The notes beneath the pieces were generated by a model. The model did no database searches and was not told the origin of the DNA. It saw only the letters and a list, made by a program, of their open reading frames with translations. Of a DNA stretch of 64,000 bases, positions 55,866 to 64,000 are shown piece after piece. Position 1 is the first letter of the stretch, and every line of letters begins with the position of its first letter. Origin of the DNA: Octopus vulgaris (Eukaryota); NCBI GenBank assembly GCA_951406725.2, contig OX597843.1, positions 2,914,001 to 2,978,000 of the forward strand, read 5' to 3'. A program made the translations under genes and the position numbers.

Positions 55866-56326
55866 GCAGTTATGGAAAAATATACACAAATGTATATGGA
55901 GATATACATATATATATATGTAAATGTGTGCGTTATGCTTATATATTTATATACATACATACAAACATGCATGCACACATGTATACATGTATACATGCAT
56001 GCATGCATGCATATATAAATATATAAATGGCTTTCATCTACTGTCGTTACTCGTGCTACCCAATCGACACCCAAGCATTTTCGTCAAGCGTTACGTCTAC
56101 ACAACACTCCAACCAACGCCTCTATAACCCCTCGTTCTCCCCAAGACACCACCGCCGCCGCCGTGACCGCCACCACTGCAGTCCGCCGCTCCACTCCATT
56201 TCCTAATCACTCAACAACCAAATTTACTCGCATTTTACAAAGTGAAACTACAATGATATCTGTTATCAGTGTATTCACTTGTAAATCTTTTTCCTCTGTC
56301 ATGTTTATCTCTGCTGCGATCAGCAA

Positions 56327-56395
<69 letters not shown>

Positions 56396-56693
56396 ACACA
56401 CACGCGCACGCACTTGCACGCATTCAGATAAACACACATAGCTGCACACACACAGATCAACGTACAGATACACTTTATGCATGCATACACGCATAGATAT
56501 GTATGTATGTGTATATATACATATATGTATATATACGTGTATATAAATGTGTGTATAGACGCATTCAATTACCATATGCATTTTGAACATGCCGCATATG
56601 TATGTTTCTGCATGCATGTATGCCTGAATGTTGCATGTGAGTATATAAAATATATAATGCATACATTATATACATACACGCACATACAAATAT

Positions 56694-56748
<55 letters not shown>

Positions 56749-56788
56749 TATATATACATATACTTGTATATTGAAACATAGACATATA

Positions 56789-56835
<47 letters not shown>

Positions 56836-56836
56836 C

Positions 56837-56874
<38 letters not shown>

Positions 56875-56957
56875 CTAATTATTATTTGAGGGAATATAAA
56901 TCCAAACTTACAGGGAAAAATTCAATTTAGAAATACTTAATCAAATTCCAAACAATA

Positions 56958-57121
<164 letters not shown>

Positions 57122-57285
57122 TAAAAAAAAAAATTAGAAAAAAAATAGAAAAAATTTTTTTTTAAATAGAAAAAATAGAAATAAATTAGAAAAAAATTAG
57201 AAAAAACTAGAAAAAATAGAAAAAAATTAGAAAAATATTAGAAAAAAATTTGAAAAGTTGAATTGATAAAAGGTGGTTTTCTTCC

Positions 57286-57616
<331 letters not shown>

Positions 57617-57704
57617 TATACATATGTTGATGTTTATAGATATGTATATACATTTACCTATGTATGTATGTATGTATGTATGTATGTCTGTATCTATCTA
57701 TTTT

Positions 57705-58340
57705 TTTTTTTTGTTCTTTTCTTCCCTTTTACGATCCCTCTTGATCGAAAACCTACGCCACCCCTTTCTTTTTTTTTGTTTCTTTTGTTTTTTTGTTTTT
57801 TTCATCCCCCAAAAGAAAAGCTCTACCTTGTAACTTGTCCCATCTGTGTGCAGCCCTGTGTGGCCAATAAAGAAACTTATCTCTCTGTCTTCCTATGCAT
57901 GTATGTATCTATCTATCTATCTTTCCATATGACGAAGCCACCTTGAGCATAATCCTATGAACCCAGAAATTGAAAACAGAGGGTTACCCACTTGCGAACA
58001 AATGTGGTAACATGTAACAATATTGACCGAGGTTACCGGGGTCTTTTCTGTAGGCTTTTCTTCACACGGATAAACCTTATCTACTCCCCACTTTACACAT
58101 GACACATGTGATACACAATCCCTATTGATCGTTTTTCTTCCTCTTACCCTTTTTTCTTCTTTTTTCATTTCTCTTTTTTCTTTTCCTTTGTTTCTTTTCC
58201 TTTTTTTCTTTTTTTTTTCTTTCCCTTTTACGATCCCTTTTGATCGAAAACCTACCCCACTTTTTTTCTCCAAAATAAGAAAAGCTCTACTTCGTAATCT
58301 GTCCCGTCTGTGTGCAGCCCTGTGTGGCTAATAAAGAAAC
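57705..58340 (+). mobile_element. Two tandem 3' ends of LINE family D (probable Tx1/L1 3' UTR), each followed by (TATC)n-like sequence
   Basis: ttttacgatccct.ttgatcgaaaacctac and aagaaaagctctac...cagccctgtgtggc.aataaagaaac occur twice (57705-57880 and 57930-58340). A fragment also lies at 40605-40670. Confidence 0.65.
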
Positions 58341-58341
58341 A

Positions 58342-58407
<66 letters not shown>

Positions 58408-58451
58408 CCTACCTACATACCTACCTACCTATCTATCTATCTATCTATCTA

Positions 58452-58483
<32 letters not shown>

Positions 58484-59224
58484 CCTATCTACCTATCTAA
58501 TTATCTATCTATCTATCTATCTATCTACATATCTATTTACCTACCTACCTACCTATCTAATTATCTATCTATCTATCTATCTACATATCTATCTATCTAC
58601 CTATCTATCTACCTACCAACCTATCCATCTCTCTATCTATCTCTCTATCTACCTATCTATCTACCTGTCTATCTATCTATCTATATATCTACGAACGCGT
58701 TTAGTATATTATACATATATGCTTTTTGCACTTCTTTCAATCACTCACCTTTTAAATATATTAGTTTCCCCATTGTGATTTTCCCCAAGATAGCGAGCTT
58801 CAGTCAGCGCTGGGTGGGGCGACAGATGGGAGAGTGGATTCTTTAACTAACAACATCGACATAACACCATTAGTGTGTAGGGTGATTGGCGTCCATACTG
58901 CCTTAACTGACATTCATAACTTTGTATTACAAATTGATGATGTTCACACATGTATACACACAGAAATGCATACATATACAAGTATGTATATATGTACGTA
59001 TGTATATATGCGTTTTATATTTTCACATCTATTCATAAATATTTGTTCGCATTTATCTATATATCTATCTACCTATATACCTACCTTTCTATCTATCTAT
59101 CTACCTATCTATCTATCTATCTATTTATCTATCTATCTGTCTACCTATCTACCTATCTATCTATCTATCTACCTATATACCTATCTATCCATCTCTATCT
59201 ATCTATTTCTCTATCTATCTATCT

Positions 59225-59265
<41 letters not shown>

Positions 59266-59341
59266 TATGTATGTATGTATGTATGCATGTATGTATGTAT
59301 GTATGCATGTATGTATGTGTGTATGTATGTATATATATATG

Positions 59342-59376
<35 letters not shown>

Positions 59377-60023
59377 TTCTTTTGCTGTATTTGTAGCATT
59401 TATACTCCCGCACGCACACACACACACATATCTACGAATGTGTGTGTCTGTCCATCTGCCTCTGTGTGTGCGCGTGCCTGTGTGTGTGGATTAAAAATAA
59501 TTTTAACCAAGACAGAATTCAATGCAAAAATGTAGAACCTCCTATTTTGTATTCAATATCTGTATTATCTATCAGTCACGTGACATTAATACTTCCACCG
59601 TAATCATTTCTTCTGGTAATGGTTCCAATCCAAATTAATGGTTTGATTCCGGGGAAATCAATAAATACAAAGTTCCTTTTACATATATAAAACAATTTAT
59701 ATAAAAGGATTATTTCATATATATATATATATATATACACATATATATATATATACACACATATATATGTGTATGTGTATATATAAGTTTGATTGGTTAT
59801 GGTTCCGTCTCAAATCTTATAGTACTCAGAGATATGAATATTGTGAGGTGGAGGTAATCTAGTTTAACCCGGATCCGATCACACTAAAAGGAGTATAGGC
59901 ATAGCACCGAGATTTGTGCCAAGAGGATTACTACACCTATCTGGCAGACGCTTATGGATCCAAGTTGATCACGAAGACATCAAACCACCTTAGAGAAAGG
60001 ATATATATATATATATATATATA

Positions 60024-60194
60024 GGCGCAGGAGTGGCTGTGTGGTAAGTAGCTTGCTTACCAACCTCATGGTTCCGGGTTCAGCCCCACTGCGTAGAACC
60101 TTGGGCAAGTGTCTTCTGCTATAGCCTCGGGCCGACCAATGTCTTGTGAGTGGATTTGTTAGACAGAAACTGAAAGAAGCCTGTCGTATATATG

Positions 60195-60225
<31 letters not shown>

Positions 60226-60440
60226 ATGTTTGTGTGTCTGTGTTTGTCCCCCTAGCATTGCTTGACAACCGATGCTGGTGTGTTTACGTCCCCGTCACTT
60301 AGCGGTTCGGCAAAAGAGACCGATAGAATAAGTACTGGGACTTACAAAAAGAATAAGTCCTGGGCTCGAGTTGCTCGATTAAAAGGCGGTGCTCCAGCAT
60401 GGCCGCAGTCAAATGACTGAAACAAGTAAAAGAGTAAGAG
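60024..60440 (+). mobile_element. SINE family A, full length
   Basis: Complete family match. Confidence 0.9.
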
Positions 60441-60510
60441 TATAGGCACAGGTGTGGCTTGTTTTGTACACCACCTGTCTTTGTCTTTTGTTTTTTTCGT
60501 AAACTCTCCC

Positions 60511-60555
<45 letters not shown>

Positions 60556-60585
60556 TCAAAATAAGCAACAAGGATATCCAAGGTA

Positions 60586-60673
60586 GTGTAGTACAATCGT
60601 TTCATGCTACTTCATTTAATTAAACAATGTAAGTATTACATCAGTTTTAAAATGTAGAGCACTCTTCAGTCAC
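60586..60673 (-). ncRNA. Hammerhead-like motif with long stem II
   Basis: Minus strand reads gtga CTGAAGA gtgct...agcat GAAA c-gatt-GTA ctac. The core is canonical and stem I is weak. Confidence 0.4.
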
Positions 60674-60814
60674 ATATAGAATTTCTTAATTAAATAGAAA
60701 ATTTTCATTTTTATACTTATTCCATTTGCCAACATTACAAAGATATGAATAATACCATACCAAATTCTGGTGCCTTTAACTTAAGTACCATATTTATCTG
60801 AATCTAAATTTTGC

Positions 60815-60871
<57 letters not shown>

Positions 60872-60895
60872 TATATATATGTATGTATGTATGTA

Positions 60896-60931
<36 letters not shown>

Positions 60932-61274
60932 TGTATGTATGTATGTATGTATATATATATGTATGTATGTATATTTGTGCGTGTATGCATCATTGTATCT
61001 GTGTTTGTCCCCCTGCCATCGCTTGAACCGATGTTGGTGTCTTTACGTCCTCGTAACCAAAGCAGTTTGGCAAAAAAGACCGAAAGGATCGGTCCTAGGC
61101 TTACAAAGAATAAGTCCTGGCGTTGACTTCCTCTACTAAAATAACTCCAGCATGGCCGCTGTCGAATGACTGAAACGTCTAGAATAATAAAAGAATAAAG
61201 GAATATGTGTTTGTGTGTGGGGGTGGGGGTAGGGTTTATTAACATATGCTATTTTGTCAGAGTGGAGATGATAA

Positions 61275-61665
61275 TCTCTCTATATATAAAGCTGAAGTTG
61301 TCCGTGTGTGGCAGGTTTGGTAACCTTCAACTAACACTATCTCCTCTCAGACCCTGCGGCGCAAGTTGACCAAAATTGAGAGTATGATAGAAGAAGGCTT
61401 GCTCTTCATTCCGTAGAAGATAAAATTCAAATCGGACCATGTTAACACCAAAAATTATTTTCATCAAAAAGGTGCTTTTTTCTATGAAAATCCCTATTTT
61501 TTACGATTTTTTCAATGCTGTGTCGCCACTTTTCGGTATATTTCAACCAGGAAAATGTTCACTTGAAGAGAATAACAAGCTACATAATGCAAAATTTTTA
61601 CTTTTCAAAAATTCCAATTCCAGCGGGTCGAAACAAACCCGAGCAACGCCGGGCGATACTGCTAG
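61275..61665 (+). mobile_element. Non-autonomous Helitron
   Basis: 5' TC start (tctctctatatataaa), subterminal hairpin cccgagcaacgccggg, 3' CTAG end. It sits between A and T with no target duplication. Confidence 0.85.
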
Positions 61666-61893
61666 TAAACTTATACGCGGGATAAAGCAGAAAAGTTTCG
61701 GGCTTTGAGTGGGATCCAGAAATGCCTGATTGGAAAGCCAACCTTCTGCGTTCCTTTTCAGTGCTTGGAAAACCCGACGGACCGCTGATATACGCGTGTA
61801 AATCTGTGAAGGGAATATGTTGAGTGGAATCATAATTAACTGATCCTCCTGAATTTCCTTTTATCCATAGCCAGGAACCTTTTAGCAACTTTA

Positions 61894-62682
61894 GGCGCAG
61901 GAATGGCTGTGTGGTAAGTAGCTTGCTTACCAACCACATGGTTCCGGGTTCAGTCCCACTGCGTGGCATCTTGGGCAAGTGTCTTCTGCTATAGCCTCGG
62001 GCCGACCAATGCCTTGTGAGTGGATTTGGTAGACGGAAACTGAAAGAAGCCTGTCGTATATATGTATATATATATATGTGTGTATATATATATATATAGG
62101 CGCAGGAGTGGCCGTGTGGTAAGTAGCTTGCTTACCAACCACATGGTTCCGGGTTCAGTCCCACTGCGTGGCATCTTGGGCAAGTGTCTTCTGCTATAGC
62201 CTCGGGCCGACCAATGCCTTGTGAGTGGATTTGGTAGATGGAAACTGAATGAAGCCTGTTGTATATATATATATATAGGTGCAGGAGTGGCTGTGTGGTA
62301 AGTAGCTTGCTTACCAACCACATGGTTCTGGGTTCAGTCCCACTGCGTGGCACCTTGGGCAAGTGTATTCTGCTATAGCCCCGGGCCGACCAATGCCTTG
62401 TGAGTGGATTTGGTAGACGGAAACTGAAAGAAGCCTGTCGTATATATGTATATATATATATATATGAATATGTTTGTGTGTCTGTGTTTGTCTCTCTAGC
62501 GTTGCTTGACAACCGATGCTGGTGTGTTTACGTCCCCGTCACTTAGCGGTTCGGCAAAAGAGACCGATAGAATAAGTACTGGGCTTACAAAAGAATAAGT
62601 CCCGGGGTCGAGTTGCTCGACTAAAGGCGGTGCTCCAGCATGGCCGCAGTCAAATGACTGAAACAAGTAAAAGAGTAAAGAG
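61894..62682 (+). mobile_element. SINE family A with triplicated 5' half
   Basis: Heads at 61894, 62099 and 62278 separated by (TA)n. Only the last copy has a 3' half. Confidence 0.9.
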
Positions 62683-62745
62683 TAACCCCTTGTGTGTGAG
62701 TGTGTCTGCGATCTTGGCCTTATATGCGAGTTCTTTCTCATATAC

Positions 62746-63039
62746 ATTAGCAGGAACGTCTCCAATTTATCCGCCGACAAAGACACTTTTCAAAAATCGC
62801 TCAGTACTATAATGCTGCATTAGAAAGGTCCAGCTTCAAGAATAGCATATACTATATTAAACCAAATATAAATAGACCAAGAATGCAGACAGAGGAAAAT
62901 CTTATGGCTTAACCCACCTTATAGCATGAATGTAGCTACTAACATAGTTATGAAATTCTTAAAACTAACAGACCGCCACTTTCCACATTCATACAAATAC
63001 CACAAGATCTTCAACAGAAATACTGTTAAAGTTTGCTAT
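62746..63039 (+). mobile_element. Penelope-like element ORF fragment (RT to GIY-YIG linker region)
   Basis: Manual translation: ISRNVSNLSADKDTFQK..AQYYNAALERSSF...[51 protein letters not shown]. This matches the WFNPP..N..TNI..FL..D.HFP....KIFN.N.VK.SY motif of Penelope-like elements. Confidence 0.8.
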
Positions 63040-63361
63040 GTGTTGAGAGAGATTCCTTCGGGGTTTGAATAATTCACCTCAGGAAACATGGGTGTTTCGT
63101 TGAACATCCTTAAACAATCTTTATTCAGGGACCTCTTGAGCGGAATGGGCTACTCGACTTCAAGAAAAACTGTGCCCTATATGCAAGGTCATGCGCTGTT
63201 TATCTTGTGTCACTTTGAGAGGTTAGATATGCCTGCGGTAGGCAGTCCTCATATCGCATACCGTTGGGGGGTGTTTTCATGCCAGATTGTGACTTAATGA
63301 GAACCAAGCGGACATTTTGTCCAACCCAGTGCCTCACGCAAACACGCACACACACGCATAC

Positions 63362-63494
63362 AGAAGAAGAAGAAGAAGAAGAAGAAGAAGAAGAAGAAGA
63401 AGAAGAAGAAGAAGATGAAGATGAAGATGAAGATGAATGATATGATGATGATGATGATGATGATGATGAAGAAGAAGAAGAAGAAGAAGAAGAA

Positions 63495-63528
<34 letters not shown>

Positions 63529-63752
63529 ATGATGATGAAGAAGAAGATGATGATGACGATGATGATGAAGATGAAGAAGAAGAAGGAGAAGAAGAAGAAG
63601 ATGAAGATGATGATGATGATGATGATGATGATGACGATGAAGATGACGATGAAGATGAAGAAGAAGAAGAAGAAGAAGAAGAAGATGAAGAGGAAGATGG
63701 GGGAGGAGGAGGAGGAGGAAGAGGAGGAGGAGGAGCAGGGGGAGGAGGGATG
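63362..63752. repeat. (AAG)n/(GAT)n/(GAG)n tract
   Basis: Directly visible. Confidence 0.95.
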
Positions 63753-64000
63753 ATATGAGAGATACAGAGAGTCAGAAAGGAAGATAGAAAAGAGAGCGAT
63801 TGGGAGAAAAAAGAAAAAAACAGGAGAGACATTGTGAGCGAGGAATGAGACGGGCAGAAGAGAGAGACACACAGACAGACACACAGACAGACAGACAGAC
63901 TGATAGACAGGCTCACGATCAAATAAAAGAAAAATATGATACAGTAAAATGGCTTGTAGATTCGTCAGATGAAGAATATGAATCCATTTGTGTTTAGAGT

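Overview
AT-rich, extremely repeat-dense animal genomic DNA. The tRNA-headed SINEs with internal (TA)n/(TG)n tracts, the kilobase microsatellites and the intronless C2H2 array suggest a coleoid cephalopod (Octopus-like); this is an inference. The only well-supported host gene is a multi-finger C2H2 zinc-finger locus (about 3254-4867, +). As assembled it has two 2-bp frameshifts, and its decayed 3' fingers are interrupted by three tandem TTAA-flanked piggyBac-type MITEs. A possible promoter and first exon lie at about 24.0-24.2 kb. The rest is mobile or simple-sequence DNA: at least four SINE families, LINE relics (CR1/L2-type 3' ends, a Tx1/L1 endonuclease fragment and 3' ends, an R4/Dong fragment, a Penelope-like fragment), minimal hammerhead-like motifs in (TA)n-embedded repeats, a Helitron, mariner relics and a TIR MITE. 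A four-copy module of about 300 bp is joined to MITE sequence and carries an (ACC)n tract of very variable length. Almost all ORFs in the supplied track are microsatellite artefacts. There is one 100-N gap. I found no clear-cut new biological system. The best leads are the four-copy module, the SINE with a fixed tandem junction and swapped tails, the SINE/LINE tail pairs and the hammerhead motifs. All alignments were made by eye and coordinates may be a few bases off.
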